Shown: piece by piece, positions 6,858 through 17,114 of the stretch
Layout: every line of letters begins with the position of its first letter
How positions within the stretch are numbered: the first letter of the stretch is position 1
Source: an uncultured Desulfohalobiaceae bacterium
GTDB taxonomy: Bacteria > Desulfobacterota > Desulfovibrionia > Desulfovibrionales > Desulfothermaceae
DNA length: 24,060 bases
NCBI GenBank assembly: GCA_964432965.1
Contig: CAYSPQ010000001.1
Coordinates: 1-24,060 of the forward strand
Reading direction: 5' to 3'
The notes under the pieces: model-generated
What the model was told of the DNA's origin: nothing
The model's input: the letters and a program-made list of their open reading frames with translations, nothing else
Database searches by the model: none
Position numbers and translations under genes: made by a program

Positions 6858-7735
6858 CTCGACACCTGTTTATGACTCTTGGATTCCCCAGCCTTTATCG
6901 GCTCCACGTTCGCCTCCCGGCTTAAAAAATCCTGGATTGCGGACTCCAGCCGTTCCAGGGGCACCCAGGTGTCCAGGCAGGGGCCGTGGGGCCTTCGATT
7001 GAGGATGCCAAAGACAGGCAGAGGATAGGTGTCCTGAATACCGGAGGATAGATCCCTTTCACAGGCCACGGCGATAATCAGCTTGGGCCTGTTCTGCACC
7101 ACGATCCTTCTGGCAATGGTCCCCCCTGTGGCAATAGCCAGCTTTACTCCATAGGCCTCGCTGAAGCCCAGCAGATCGGCTATCTGGCATTCTCCGCAGC
7201 GGCGGCAATTGTATATGTCGTAGGTCAGTCGATACTTGCACCTGCTGTTTTGCAGGCAATGAGGCATGAGCAGCAGTATCTCGCCCGGCCTGGACTTGCC
7301 GCGCTCGGCGCGGACCATATCGTTGTTCACCTGTATGAAGGAGGCCTGGATACTTTCCCTGGACAAGCCGAACAGTTTTCCCACCGCCACCATCAAGGGC
7401 AGATACAGGGTTATGGCTAAGCCTCTCATCTTTGCGGAAAAAAGAACGGCGCGCCTGAGCAGAATGGACAGCACCAGGGCTAGGGAGGACCAGATTACCG
7501 CCAGGGCGATGGCCCCGAACAAGGCGGCCAGCACCCACGGGGCAACTGAATGGATTTGACCCAGCCCGATGTAGGGAATAGTCCAAAAGATCCCCAGCAG
7601 AACGAGGATCAAAACTGTGGTAAAAACTAGCAGTCCCAGGAAAAGGCTTTTTCGGGCAAGACTGTGGTCCCGGGTATGGTCCTCCAGCTGCACGTAGGAA
7701 CTGCTGTCCTTGGAGTTATGGGGATTGGTTGGCAT
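6854..7735 (-). CDS. DUF116-family protein with N-terminal membrane helices
   Basis: Two or more hydrophobic helices, then LLLMPHCLQNSRC, CRRCGEC, IATGGTIAR, IIAVACERDLSSG and PCLDT, the Cys-rich DUF116 pattern. Confidence 0.85.
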   Translation of the reverse strand: MPTNPHNSKDSSSYVQLEDHTRDHSLARKSLFLGLLVFTTVLILVLLGIFWTIPYIGLGQIHSVAPWVLAALFGAIALAVIWSSLALVLSILLRRAVLFSAKMRGLAITLYLPLMVAVGKLFGLSRESIQASFIQVNNDMVRAERGKSRPGEILLLMPHCLQNSRCKYRLTYDIYNCRRCGECQIADLLGFSEAYGVKLAIATGGTIARRIVVQNRPKLIIAVACERDLSSGIQDTYPLPVFGILNRRPHGPCLDTWVPLERLESAIQDFLSREANVEPIKAGESKSHKQVSS

Positions 7736-7738
7736 GAC

Positions 7739-8677
7739 TCAGGTCAGATATCCGTTCCAGAACTCCCTGGCGGAGAGGGGTTTTCTGGACTCCGGTTGCA
7801 GGGTGGACAGAAGATATACCCGGTCCCTGCAGGCGATACGCAAAAGGCCTTGTGGACTAAGCCCCAATATAGCTCCCGGCGGGGAATTTGCGGCCTCCAT
7901 ACCGATTTGTCCCGGATGGGCCCTTACCTGCAAAGCAGTATCTGCCCGCCTGGGCTGAAGGGAAAACACAGCACCGGGAACCGGGTGCAGGGCCCGAATC
8001 CGATTGTGCACCTGCCAGGCAGTTTGATCCCACTCGATGTATCTCTCCCGCTTTTCCAGTTTGGGGGCGTGGCTAGCCCTTCCCGAATCCTGCCGCAGCG
8101 GGATCAGAGAGTCCTTCCGCAGGCCAATAAGACTGTTGCGGAGCAGATGCGCCCCTTTTTGAGCCAGCCGGTCGTGCAGCGTGCCCGCGGTTTCCTGCAC
8201 GGCAATTGCGGTTTCCCTTTGCTGCAGGACTGGTCCCGTGTCCAGGCCCTCTTCCATGAGCATGGTGCTCACTCCGGTTACCCTCTCTCCATTCAGAAGG
8301 GCCCGTTGCATGGGCGCAGCTCCCCGATAGCTTGGCAGAAGGGACGCGTGCACGTTCACCGCCCCCAGGGCGGGCACGTCCAGCACCCTGCGGTCAAGTA
8401 TCGTTCCGTATGCGGCAACTGCGAGGGCCTCCGGATCCAGATTCTCCAGAACTCGAATGTGCTCCCTGTCCATACGCAACGGCTGATAAACCGGCAGGTC
8501 GCGCTCCCTGGCCAGCTTCTTGACTTCCGGCTCCAGGGTCTTCCTTCCCCTGCCTCCCTGTCTGTCCGGCTGGGTGAAAACCCCGGCCACTTCCACTGAA
8601 TCGGAATCCAGCAGCTCCTTCAATATGACAGCAGCGAACTCCGGAGTACCCAGGAATACAGTGCGAATGGGCTTCAT
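7739..8677 (-). CDS. fmt: Methionyl-tRNA formyltransferase
   Basis: Start at ATG 8677 (MKPIRTVFLGTPEFA), which overlaps the def stop (ATGA). Motifs TQPDR, AAYG, NVHASLLPSYRGAAP and GLDTGP. The track ORF starting at 9133 is an over-extension. Confidence 0.96.
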   Translation of the reverse strand: MKPIRTVFLGTPEFAAVILKELLDSDSVEVAGVFTQPDRQGGRGRKTLEPEVKKLARERDLPVYQPLRMDREHIRVLENLDPEALAVAAYGTILDRRVLDVPALGAVNVHASLLPSYRGAAPMQRALLNGERVTGVSTMLMEEGLDTGPVLQQRETAIAVQETAGTLHDRLAQKGAHLLRNSLIGLRKDSLIPLRQDSGRASHAPKLEKRERYIEWDQTAWQVHNRIRALHPVPGAVFSLQPRRADTALQVRAHPGQIGMEAANSPPGAILGLSPQGLLRIACRDRVYLLSTLQPESRKPLSAREFWNGYLT

Positions 8678-9183
8678 TGGCCGCTCGGCACATACTTTTT
8701 CATCTTCTTGACGTACATGCTCCGCTTGAGCCAGCTCACCCTGTCCAACAGCAATATACCGTTCAGGTGATCTATCTCGTGCTGCAAGCAGGCGGCCAGC
8801 AACCCCTCGGCATCCGTGCGCCTGCTGTTTCCCTCCAGGTCCAGCCAGTCCACGCTCACCTTTTCGCTGCGCCGGATGGGGCTCTTGAACTCCGGCAGGC
8901 TGAGACAGCCCTCCTCCTGCACCATCTCCCCTTCCCGGAAGACGATGCGCGGATTGAGCATGACCAAAAGCTCCTGTCTTCGTTGGGGACCGGTAACATC
9001 CACCGTGATCAGGCTGGGGCTCTCTCCAACCTGTGACGCGGCCAGACCGATACCATCGTCCTCGTACATGGTCTCCACCATGTCCCGGGCCAAGCCCTCG
9101 ATCTCCCCGGTTATCTGCTGCACCGGCTCGCACTTTTGCTGCAGCACGGGATCCGGATATATCCTTATCTCCCTTTTCATCAC
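8674..9183 (-). CDS. def: Peptide deformylase
   Basis: Motifs GIGLAASQVG, EGCLS and QHEIDHLNG. Start is GTG 9183 or ATG 9180. Confidence 0.96.
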   Translation of the reverse strand: MMKREIRIYPDPVLQQKCEPVQQITGEIEGLARDMVETMYEDDGIGLAASQVGESPSLITVDVTGPQRRQELLVMLNPRIVFREGEMVQEEGCLSLPEFKSPIRRSEKVSVDWLDLEGNSRRTDAEGLLAACLQHEIDHLNGILLLDRVSWLKRSMYVKKMKKYVPSGQ

Positions 9184-9184
9184 C

Positions 9185-10996
9185 CTATTCCTTGCCTTCC
9201 CTGGCCTTTTCCCGCATTCGGATACCCAGCTCCCTTAGCTGCTCCTTCCGGACCGTAGTGGGGGCCCCGGTCAAGGGACAGCTGCCTTTCTGGGTCTTGG
9301 GGAAGGGGATCACATCCCGGATGGAGGCGGAGCCGGTAAGGATCATAACCAGACGATCAAAGCCGAAGGCTATTCCTCCGTGGGGCGGGGCCCCATATTG
9401 CAAGGCCTCGGTCAGGAAGCCGAACTGATTCTCCGCCTCTTCCGGATCCATGCCCAGGGCCTTAAACATGGATCTTTGCATCCCGGGCCGGTGTATCCTT
9501 ATGGAGCCGCCCCCTATTTCCGTGCCGTTCAGGACCAGATCGTAGGCCCTGGCCCGCACTGTTTCCGGGGCGCTCTCCAGGTGCTGCAGATCCTCGCTTC
9601 TGGGCGCGGTAAAGGGGTGATGGCAAGGGACCCAGCGCTTTTCCTCCGCCTCCCATTCCAGAAGAGGGAAATCAGTGATCCAGGTAAAGTTGTAGGTCTC
9701 CTCTGGTATAAGCCCAAAGCGATGGCCCAACTGCACCCGCAGGTTGCCCAGAGACTCGTTAACCACCTGCGGGGTGGCGGCCTGGAAGAAAACGATGTCC
9801 CCGGGCTCCAAACCCAGCCTTTCCGTCAGTCCCTGTATTTCCTGCTCACTCAGGAATTTGACTATGGGTGACTGCCATTCGTCGGACTTAACCTTGATCC
9901 AGGCCAAGCCGGTGGCCCCGAAATTCTTCACGTACTCGGTGTAGTCGTCTATTTCCTTGCGGGTCAAATCTCCTCCCTGGGGAACCCGCAGCGCCTTGAC
10001 CAGATCCGCTTTGGCGAAGAGATTGAACCCGGAATCTCGCACCACGTCGCTGACATCCTCCAGGTGCAGGCCAAACCGGGTATCCGGCTTGTCCACCCCG
10101 TACTTCTGCAGGGCCTGGCTGTAGCTCATGCGCTGAAAGGGTGTGGTAGGCTCCAGGCCCAGGGTTTCGGAAAAGATTTGGCTGATCATCCTTTCCGACA
10201 CGTCCAGGACCTGCTCCTCGTCCACAAAGGCCATCTCCATATCGATCTGGGTGAACTCCGGCTGCCTATCCGCCCTCAGGTCCTCGTCCCGATAGCAGCG
10301 AACTATCTGGTAGTACCTGTCCATGCCGCCCAGCATGAGAAGCTGCTTAAAGAGCTGAGGGCTCTGGGGCATGGCGTAGAAGCTGCCTTGATGCAGGCGG
10401 CTGGGCACCAGAAAGTCCCTGGCTCCTTCCGGTGTGCTCCTGGTCAGAACCGGAGTCTCCACCTCCAGAAATCCCTCCTGCTCCAGAAAGCGGCGTGCGC
10501 TTTGCGCCGCCCTGTCCCGGACCAGGATGTTGTGGCTCAACCTGTCCCTGCGCAGATCCAGGTAGCGGTACTTCAAGCGAAGGTTCTCCGAGACCTCCAC
10601 CCGATCCTCGATCTCGAAGGGAGGAGTTCTGCTGTTGTTCAGCAGTTTCCAGTCCAGGACCACCACCTCGATTTCCCCGGTGCGTAAGCGGGGATTCTGC
10701 ATTCCCTCGGGTCGGCTCCTTACTCTGCCCTGCACGGCCAGGACATATTCCGGACGCAGCACATGGGCCTCGCTGTGCGCACGCTCGTTGTGCTCCGGAG
10801 AAAAGACCACCTGGGTCAGGCCCTGTTGATCCCTCAGGTCGATGAAGATGAGTCCTCCATGATCCCTGCGGTACTGCACCCACCCCATGAGGCAGACTTC
10901 CCGGTCCAGATGGGAGCTGGTTATCTCTCCGCAGCCGTGGCTTCTCTGCCACCCTTGCAAGTCCTGCAGCAGTTGATCCGAAGTGAGTTCGGGCAT
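9185..10996 (-). CDS. aspS: Aspartyl-tRNA synthetase, probably non-discriminating (Asp/Asn)
   Basis: RRDHGGLIFIDLRD, RSTPEGARDFLVPSR, QSPQLFKQLLM, DEDLRADRQPEFTQID, GGGSIRIH and PPHGGIAFGFDR. His in RRDH and Gly in RPEG are the recalled non-discriminating signatures. Confidence 0.97.
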   Translation of the reverse strand: MPELTSDQLLQDLQGWQRSHGCGEITSSHLDREVCLMGWVQYRRDHGGLIFIDLRDQQGLTQVVFSPEHNERAHSEAHVLRPEYVLAVQGRVRSRPEGMQNPRLRTGEIEVVVLDWKLLNNSRTPPFEIEDRVEVSENLRLKYRYLDLRRDRLSHNILVRDRAAQSARRFLEQEGFLEVETPVLTRSTPEGARDFLVPSRLHQGSFYAMPQSPQLFKQLLMLGGMDRYYQIVRCYRDEDLRADRQPEFTQIDMEMAFVDEEQVLDVSERMISQIFSETLGLEPTTPFQRMSYSQALQKYGVDKPDTRFGLHLEDVSDVVRDSGFNLFAKADLVKALRVPQGGDLTRKEIDDYTEYVKNFGATGLAWIKVKSDEWQSPIVKFLSEQEIQGLTERLGLEPGDIVFFQAATPQVVNESLGNLRVQLGHRFGLIPEETYNFTWITDFPLLEWEAEEKRWVPCHHPFTAPRSEDLQHLESAPETVRARAYDLVLNGTEIGGGSIRIHRPGMQRSMFKALGMDPEEAENQFGFLTEALQYGAPPHGGIAFGFDRLVMILTGSASIRDVIPFPKTQKGSCPLTGAPTTVRKEQLRELGIRMREKAREGKE

Positions 10997-11000
10997 AGCT

Positions 11001-12257
11001 CTATCCTTGTTCCCTTTTTTCCAGGATTTGCCACAATTCCTGTATTTGGCTCCCGTATTGCTCTCCGGAGCCCATATCCTTGACTGTTATCCGATCCTCC
11101 TTCAATTCCCGCTCGCCCAAGAGAAGGGCAAAGCGGGCCCCCATGCGGTCGGCATGTCGAATCTGGCTCTTGACGCTGCCCATCTCGTGATTCATTTCCC
11201 CGCTGAATCCCTGGCGGCGCAGTTGATCGCAAACAACTGCCCCCTGTTCAAATCCCTGCGAGTGCAACACTGCCAAATAAAAGTCCGGGGCGGTGTCTTC
11301 CGGGTCCGGCAGAAGCAGGCTCAGCCGTTCCATTCCGCAGGCGAAGCCTATTCCCGGATGATCCGGCCCTCCCAGTTGCTGTACCAGATCGTCGTAGCGC
11401 CCTCCTCCGGCAACCGAGGACTGAGCCCCTATTTCCCCGGATATGACCTCGAAGGTGGTCCTTTGATAGTAGTCCAGACCACGCACCAGCCGGGAATTTA
11501 TCTCGTGGCTCACCCCCAGCCGACTAAGACTGTCCAGGACGGTCCGGAAATGGCTGCTGCAGTCATTGCACAGGGACTGCAGCATGGAGGGTGCCTCCTT
11601 GATTATCTCCTGGCACCTGTCCTCCTTGCAATCGAAGAGTCGCAAAGGGTTCGTTTGCGACCTGCCCTGACAATCACGGCAGAAACCGTATGTGTCCGTG
11701 CCTTGCAGGAACTCTCGCAAACGGCTCAGGTAGCCGGGGCGGCACTGCCTGCACCCCAGGCTGTTAACCTCCAGGCGAAGACGGGTAAGGCCTAGTTCCC
11801 GCAGAAAGGTCCACAGCATCAGGATCATCTCTATATCCATCAAAGGGGAGCTGGTGCCGAAAGCCTCGGCGTTGATCTGGTGGAACTGCCTCTGGCGGCC
11901 TTTTTGCGGCCTCTCATAGCGGAACATAGGTCCCAGGGTGTAGAGCTTGGTCACGCTCTGGCTGGCATAGAGCTTGTTCTCTATGTAGGCCCTGACCGCC
12001 CCAGCGGTTGCCTCGGGACGCAAAGTCACGTATCTTCCCTTCCTGTCGGGGAAGGTGAACATCTCCTTCTGGACTACATCGGTATCGTCTCCTATGCTCC
12101 TGGAGAAGAGCTCTGTGCGTTCAAGAGCCGGCAGCCTCAGTTCGCGGAAGCCGTAACGGGGAAATACCTGCTTGGCAGTGTCCTCCATCAGAGTGAACTT
12201 TCTGGCCTGCGAATCCATCAGATCCTGAAAGCCGCGAATCTTTCGAATAGTCTCCAT
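11001..12257 (-). CDS. hisS: Histidyl-tRNA synthetase
   Basis: LRPEATA, GPMFRYERPQKGRQRQFHQ, LVRGLDYY and AGGGRYD motifs, plus a C-terminal anticodon-binding domain. Confidence 0.97.
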   Translation of the reverse strand: METIRKIRGFQDLMDSQARKFTLMEDTAKQVFPRYGFRELRLPALERTELFSRSIGDDTDVVQKEMFTFPDRKGRYVTLRPEATAGAVRAYIENKLYASQSVTKLYTLGPMFRYERPQKGRQRQFHQINAEAFGTSSPLMDIEMILMLWTFLRELGLTRLRLEVNSLGCRQCRPGYLSRLREFLQGTDTYGFCRDCQGRSQTNPLRLFDCKEDRCQEIIKEAPSMLQSLCNDCSSHFRTVLDSLSRLGVSHEINSRLVRGLDYYQRTTFEVISGEIGAQSSVAGGGRYDDLVQQLGGPDHPGIGFACGMERLSLLLPDPEDTAPDFYLAVLHSQGFEQGAVVCDQLRRQGFSGEMNHEMGSVKSQIRHADRMGARFALLLGERELKEDRITVKDMGSGEQYGSQIQELWQILEKREQG

Positions 12258-12502
12258 GCAGATGTTTGCCCTCTCGATGAATCCTTTTGTAGGAAAATGG
12301 GGTCAACAAAAAATCAGGTGGAAATCGTGGCTTAGTGTGCTGACAGCCGGTTTCACAAGACGCCCCCTCTTAATGGCTTGAAAAGAATTTCCCTAGACCA
12401 AGGCAAAAAAATTGTCAAAAGCCATCTTTTGCTTGATTCCGCAGTAAATGTTTTTTATCGCATAATCAGGAGCGATTGTCCAAAAACAAAGGAGGTCCTT
12501 TC

Positions 12503-13210
12503 TTGTACGCAGTTTTGCTCGCGGGTCACAAAAAATCCGGCAAGACCCAACTGGCCAGGATGCTGTGCCGAAGCCTTCGTTCCATGGGCCGCACAGTTGC
12601 GGTAGCCAAATTTTCCTCCCATCCCATGGACAAGCCCGGATCGGACACGAATCTGCTCTCCTCCGAAGCCAATGCCATGGCCGGATTCGATCCGGAAACC
12701 ACTTCCCTTATCTGGCCGGGTCAGTGGTCGCTGCTGGATGTTTTGCCCCTCCTGCAAGCCGAGGTCCTTATCCTGGAGGGAGGCAAGCATATGCACTGTT
12801 TACCGCGCATAGTGCTGCCGCGGCCGGAGGACGCTCCATCGGGGCTCTCCCAGGGCCTAGGCATTGCCCAGTGGGGCGGGCACCCCTACTCCGGACTTAG
12901 ACAGGTGTACCAGGCGGAGGAGGCGGCCCGTCTAATACTGGAGCGGGGCTTCATTCTGCCCGGGCTGGACTGCGGCGAATGCGGAAGAAGGGACTGCTCC
13001 GAGCTGGCCCGGGAGATAGTGGCTGGCCACGGCAAGACTTCCTACTGCACCGCCATGGGCGGGGAGGACATCCAAATAGATGTCAACGGTGTTCAGCTTC
13101 CCCTGAACCCATTTGTAAGGCAACTCATGCAAAAGACCCTGGAGGGCATGCTCTCCGCCCTGAAGGGAGCAGGTTCCGGACAGGTTCAGATAAGGATGAG
13201 ACGTAAATGA
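12503..13210 (+). CDS. mobB: MobB-like molybdopterin-guanine dinucleotide biosynthesis protein with a C-terminal Cys-rich Fe-S domain
   Basis: P-loop GHKKSGKT near the N-terminus and LILEGGK; the C-terminal part has LDCGECGRRDC...C. Start re-placed at TTG 12503, after the RBS AGGAGG (12490-12495). Confidence 0.8.
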   Translation: MYAVLLAGHKKSGKTQLARMLCRSLRSMGRTVAVAKFSSHPMDKPGSDTNLLSSEANAMAGFDPETTSLIWPGQWSLLDVLPLLQAEVLILEGGKHMHCLPRIVLPRPEDAPSGLSQGLGIAQWGGHPYSGLRQVYQAEEAARLILERGFILPGLDCGECGRRDCSELAREIVAGHGKTSYCTAMGGEDIQIDVNGVQLPLNPFVRQLMQKTLEGMLSALKGAGSGQVQIRMRRK

Positions 13211-14463
13211 AAGAGGACTTCTTCCACGTTGTGAGCGTATCCGACTTTCAGGCATTGCTGTCGGATTTCCCTCCATTGGGGCGCAAGGAACTGGTTAGCC
13301 TGGGAGACGCCTGCGGTCGGATCCTGGCGGAGAACGTATACAGCCGGGAGCATCTGCCCCCCTTTTCCCGCTCCTGCATGGACGGATATGCAGTCATTTC
13401 CAGCGACACCTTCGGGGCAAGCGAAAACAGCCCCGTTTATTTGGACATCTTGGAGGAAATAGCCATAGACCGTTTTCCCTCCCTGGAGCTGGACATAGGA
13501 CAGTGTTCCGGCTTGTTCACCGGATCTCCCCTGCCCGGCGGGGCGAACGCCGTGGTCATGCAGGAGCATACCCGTTGCCTGGGCGGCAGTGTTCTGGAGA
13601 TCTCCCGGGCCGTGGCACCGGGAGAAAACACCCTCTACAAGGGAGAGGACTGCTTGCCCGGCAATGTAGCCCTGGAGGCCCCCGCCCGGCTCGATGCTCC
13701 GCAGACAGGCTTGTTGGCCGCTCTTGGCATCTGTGAAGTGGCTGTGTTCTCCCGGCCGCTAGTGGGCATAGTTTCCACCGGGGACGAATTGGTGCCCCAC
13801 CACCGGATTCCTGCTCAGGCCCAGATACGCGACGTAAACACCCACGCCCTGTCCTGTCTTCTGTCCCGAGCCGGTGCTATCCCCGTCTCCTACGGAATCT
13901 GCGGAGACGCAACGCAGGAGCTGAGTCCCGTCCTGCTGCAAGCCTCCCGGGAATGCGACCTTGTGCTCGTATCCGGAGGCAGTTCCGTGGGAAACAAAGA
14001 TGTCACCCTTCAGGCACTGGAGGATCTTCCCGAATTCGAGCTTTTGGCTCACGGAGTGTCCATCAGTCCGGGCAAGCCCACCATCCTGGCCCGAAGCGGG
14101 GCCCTTCCCCTGGTGGGGCTGCCTGGCCAGGTCACCTCAGCCCAGGTGGTAATGCAGGTCTTGCTCCTGCCCTTTATCCGCCAGTTGCAGGGAATGCCTT
14201 TTTCAGGCGTAGACGAGGCTAGCGGGCTCACCGCCAGACTCAGCCGCAATATCTCCTCCAAGCAGGGACGCGAGGACTACGTCCGGGTTCGTCTGCGGCA
14301 GGAAGAGGGAGAACTGCTAGCAGAGCCCATCCTTGGCCCCTCCGGACTGCTCAAGACTCTCCTGCAGGCGGACGCCCTGCTCCGCATACCGGAAAATGTG
14401 GAGGGGCTGAGCAAGGGAAGGGCAGCCCAAGTCATCCCCTTGCGGGAAGAATCTCGGCCTTAA
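13207..14463 (+). CDS. moeA: Molybdopterin molybdotransferase MoeA
   Basis: GRILAE, PPFSRSCMDGYAV, TGSPLPGGANAVVMQE, STGDE, RDVN, SGGSSVG, PGKP and GLPG motifs. ATGA overlap with mobB. Confidence 0.95.
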   Translation: MKEDFFHVVSVSDFQALLSDFPPLGRKELVSLGDACGRILAENVYSREHLPPFSRSCMDGYAVISSDTFGASENSPVYLDILEEIAIDRFPSLELDIGQCSGLFTGSPLPGGANAVVMQEHTRCLGGSVLEISRAVAPGENTLYKGEDCLPGNVALEAPARLDAPQTGLLAALGICEVAVFSRPLVGIVSTGDELVPHHRIPAQAQIRDVNTHALSCLLSRAGAIPVSYGICGDATQELSPVLLQASRECDLVLVSGGSSVGNKDVTLQALEDLPEFELLAHGVSISPGKPTILARSGALPLVGLPGQVTSAQVVMQVLLLPFIRQLQGMPFSGVDEASGLTARLSRNISSKQGREDYVRVRLRQEEGELLAEPILGPSGLLKTLLQADALLRIPENVEGLSKGRAAQVIPLREESRP

Positions 14464-14477
14464 GCGCCGGGACAGGA

Positions 14478-16169
14478 TCACTCTTTTGCTCCGCCATCAT
14501 CCCTGGAGCGCAACACCGCTCCCTTGGCCGCGGAGCTGGCCATCCCGGCGTAGCGCCTCAAAAACGGGGAATCCTCCTGCCTTTGCACAGGCGCAAACTC
14601 TCGTCTGCGGCGCTCTATCTCTTCCGTCTCTAGCAATGCCTCTATTTCCCTGTTCACTATATCGATGCGGACCATGTCTCCCTCCTGCAGCAGTCCCAAC
14701 AGGCCACCTTCCGCCGCTTCCGGGGATATGTGCCCTATGGAGGCACCCCTGGTCCCTCCGCTGAAACGGCCGTCCGTTATCAAGGCCACGTCCCGGTCAA
14801 GTCCCATGCCGGCTATGGCAGAAGTGGGAGTTAGCATCTCCCGCATGCCCGGGCCTCCCTTGGGACCCTCGAAGCGTATGACCACCACGTCACCCTTGTG
14901 GATGCTGCCCTCCAGTATGGCGTTGCTTGCCTCGCTCTCGGAATCGAAGATTCTGGCCCTTCCCTGCCTGACCTTCATCTCCTCGGCCACGGCGCTTTGC
15001 TTGACCACGCACCCCTGAGGGGCAAGATTGCCCTGCAATATGGCGATCCCCCCTTCCTCACTATAGGGGCTTTCCAGAGGACGAATGACCTCCTGATTGC
15101 GAATGCTTGCCCCGGATTCTTCCAGGTTTTTCTCCACACTGTGTCCGGTTACGGTCAAACAGCTGCCCTGGATCAGTCCTCCACGGTACAGCTCGGCCAG
15201 AACAGCCTGTACCCCGCCAGCGGCGTGCAGATCCTGCAGATGATGGGCGCCCGCCGGAGAGAGCTTGCAAAGGTTGGGGGTCTTTTTGCTCACCGAGTCA
15301 AACACCTCCAAGGGCAGATCCAGCTCATTCTCCGCGGCAATGGCCGGCAGATGCAGCACCGTGTTCGTGGAGCCGCTAAGGGCCATGTCCGCGGCCACCG
15401 CATTGTATAGGCTTTGCTGAGAGACTATCTCCCCGGGCTTGATTTGCTGCTCCACCAGCTGCATGACCTTGCGTCCGGATTGCTTGGCCAGGCGGAGGCG
15501 CTCCGAGTAGACCGCGGGAATGGTACCGTTGCCGGGCAGGGCCAGACCCAGGGCCTCGGTGAGGCAGTTCATGGAATTAGCGGTGAACATTCCCGCACAA
15601 CTGCCGCATCCGGGGCAGGCCTCCTGCTCCAGCTCGGTCAGTTCCTGCGGGGAAATTTCCCCCCTGCGACAGCGGCCCACCGCCTCGAACACGCTGACCA
15701 GATCCACGGCCTCTCCCCGATGCTCTCCGGCCAGCATGGGCCCCCCGCTTACGCACAGGGCCGGAATGTTCAGCCTGAGCATGGCCATGAGCATGCCGGG
15801 GACCACCTTGTCGCAGTTGGGCAATAGCACAAGCCCGTCAAAGGGATGGGCACAGGCCATTATTTCTATGGAATCGGCAACAACCTCTCTGCTGGGCAGG
15901 CTCATGCGCATACCCTGATGATTCATGGCCAGCCCGTCGCAAACGCCAATCACCGGAAATTCCACCGGTACTCCGCCAGCGGAGCGAACACCCTCCTTGA
16001 CTGCTCGAGCCAGACTGTCCAGGTGCATGTGCCCTGGGACTATCTCGTTGGCCGAATTGACCACCCCTATCAGTGGCCTGTCCAGATCCTGCCGATCCAT
16101 TCCCAGGGCATGCAGAAGAGAGCGATGCGGCCCCCTTTCCAGGCCCTGCTTCATTATGTCACTGCGCAT
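14478..16169 (-). CDS. ilvD: Dihydroxy-acid dehydratase
   Basis: [60 protein letters not shown] and [10 protein letters not shown]. Start re-placed at ATG 16169, after GGAGG. Confidence 0.97.
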   Translation of the reverse strand: MRSDIMKQGLERGPHRSLLHALGMDRQDLDRPLIGVVNSANEIVPGHMHLDSLARAVKEGVRSAGGVPVEFPVIGVCDGLAMNHQGMRMSLPSREVVADSIEIMACAHPFDGLVLLPNCDKVVPGMLMAMLRLNIPALCVSGGPMLAGEHRGEAVDLVSVFEAVGRCRRGEISPQELTELEQEACPGCGSCAGMFTANSMNCLTEALGLALPGNGTIPAVYSERLRLAKQSGRKVMQLVEQQIKPGEIVSQQSLYNAVAADMALSGSTNTVLHLPAIAAENELDLPLEVFDSVSKKTPNLCKLSPAGAHHLQDLHAAGGVQAVLAELYRGGLIQGSCLTVTGHSVEKNLEESGASIRNQEVIRPLESPYSEEGGIAILQGNLAPQGCVVKQSAVAEEMKVRQGRARIFDSESEASNAILEGSIHKGDVVVIRFEGPKGGPGMREMLTPTSAIAGMGLDRDVALITDGRFSGGTRGASIGHISPEAAEGGLLGLLQEGDMVRIDIVNREIEALLETEEIERRRREFAPVQRQEDSPFLRRYAGMASSAAKGAVLRSRDDGGAKE

Positions 16170-16195
16170 AAGACCTCCCCTGCCTGTCCCTGCTT

Positions 16196-17068
16196 TCAAA
16201 ATTCCCTTATGGCTGCCCAGCTACTCAGGATGGAGACCACGAGTAGCCCCCCGAAAAGCATAAGGATATACTCCGGGGGAAAGAACCGTAGCTGTATCCA
16301 GATGGGGGGCACGTGCAAAAGCTCGTTCAAGAAGCCACAGGTCAATCCAACTAGACCCAAGGCAATTGCCCCGGCGACAAAGGACTGGAAAACTGCTCCC
16401 ACCAAGACCGGAAGCTGGATGAACCATCTCCCCGCGCCCACCAGCCAAAGGACTTCCACCTCTTCCCGCTTATTGTAAAGGGTCAGCTTGAAGGTGTTGG
16501 CCATCATTAATCCAATGAGGAAGATAAGACCGCCTGCCAACGGGTAGAACAAGGTCCCGCTGATCCTGCTCCAGGCCCCCGCCTCCCGAAGCCTGTCCAT
16601 GCTCATGCTTACCCTCTGCACGCCCTCCCTAGCCTCGATATCCCCTATCATCTCCCTGGCCGCAGCTTCCGGTGCCTCCTCAGGCAAGTCCATGTGCACG
16701 ATTGCCGTAGCCGGCAAGGGATTGTCCGACTCCAGCCATTGCAAATCCATATCACCCAGGCCGGATTCCAGAGACTGCAGCGCCTCTTCCTGGGTATAGG
16801 TGGTAACAGAAGCGATATCCTCCCGTTCCCGCAGGCTTTCCCATTGCTTTTGCACTTTTTCCTCGTCCGCCGTGCTCTCCCAATAGACCTGGAAGCTGAG
16901 CCTGCCCTTTTCCGCAAGCACCTGCTCCTGCAGATTGTATACGGAGAGCAGAATCAACAGGCCCAGAAAGAGCACCAGAGTCAGCCCCAAAAGGGTAACC
17001 GCCTGCTGGCCCTTGTTAATTCCCAGATCCTTGATCCCTTTGCTCAGCAGGAAAAAGAATCGATACAA
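16196..17068 (-). CDS. ftsX: Cell-division permease FtsX
   Basis: TM1, an extracytoplasmic domain with NPLP, then NTFKL...[18 protein letters not shown] and three further TM helices. Lies downstream of ftsE. Confidence 0.85.
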   Translation of the reverse strand: MYRFFFLLSKGIKDLGINKGQQAVTLLGLTLVLFLGLLILLSVYNLQEQVLAEKGRLSFQVYWESTADEEKVQKQWESLREREDIASVTTYTQEEALQSLESGLGDMDLQWLESDNPLPATAIVHMDLPEEAPEAAAREMIGDIEAREGVQRVSMSMDRLREAGAWSRISGTLFYPLAGGLIFLIGLMMANTFKLTLYNKREEVEVLWLVGAGRWFIQLPVLVGAVFQSFVAGAIALGLVGLTCGFLNELLHVPPIWIQLRFFPPEYILMLFGGLLVVSILSSWAAIREF

Positions 17069-17114
17069 CCGGATCTCCTATGTCTGTTTCTTTTCCCCTA
17101 CAAGTGTGGCTTGC

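Noticed and set aside
7739-9133. 464-aa ORF suggesting an N-terminally extended Fmt
   Set aside because: The extension is an alternate frame overlapping def. Fmt homology starts at ATG 8677, which has the ATGA coupling.
12258-12502. Moco riboswitch or ModE/TunR site upstream of mobB-moeA
   Set aside because: No CAGGG...GAAA...GCCTCCC...GGAAAGG pattern and no convincing palindrome were found.
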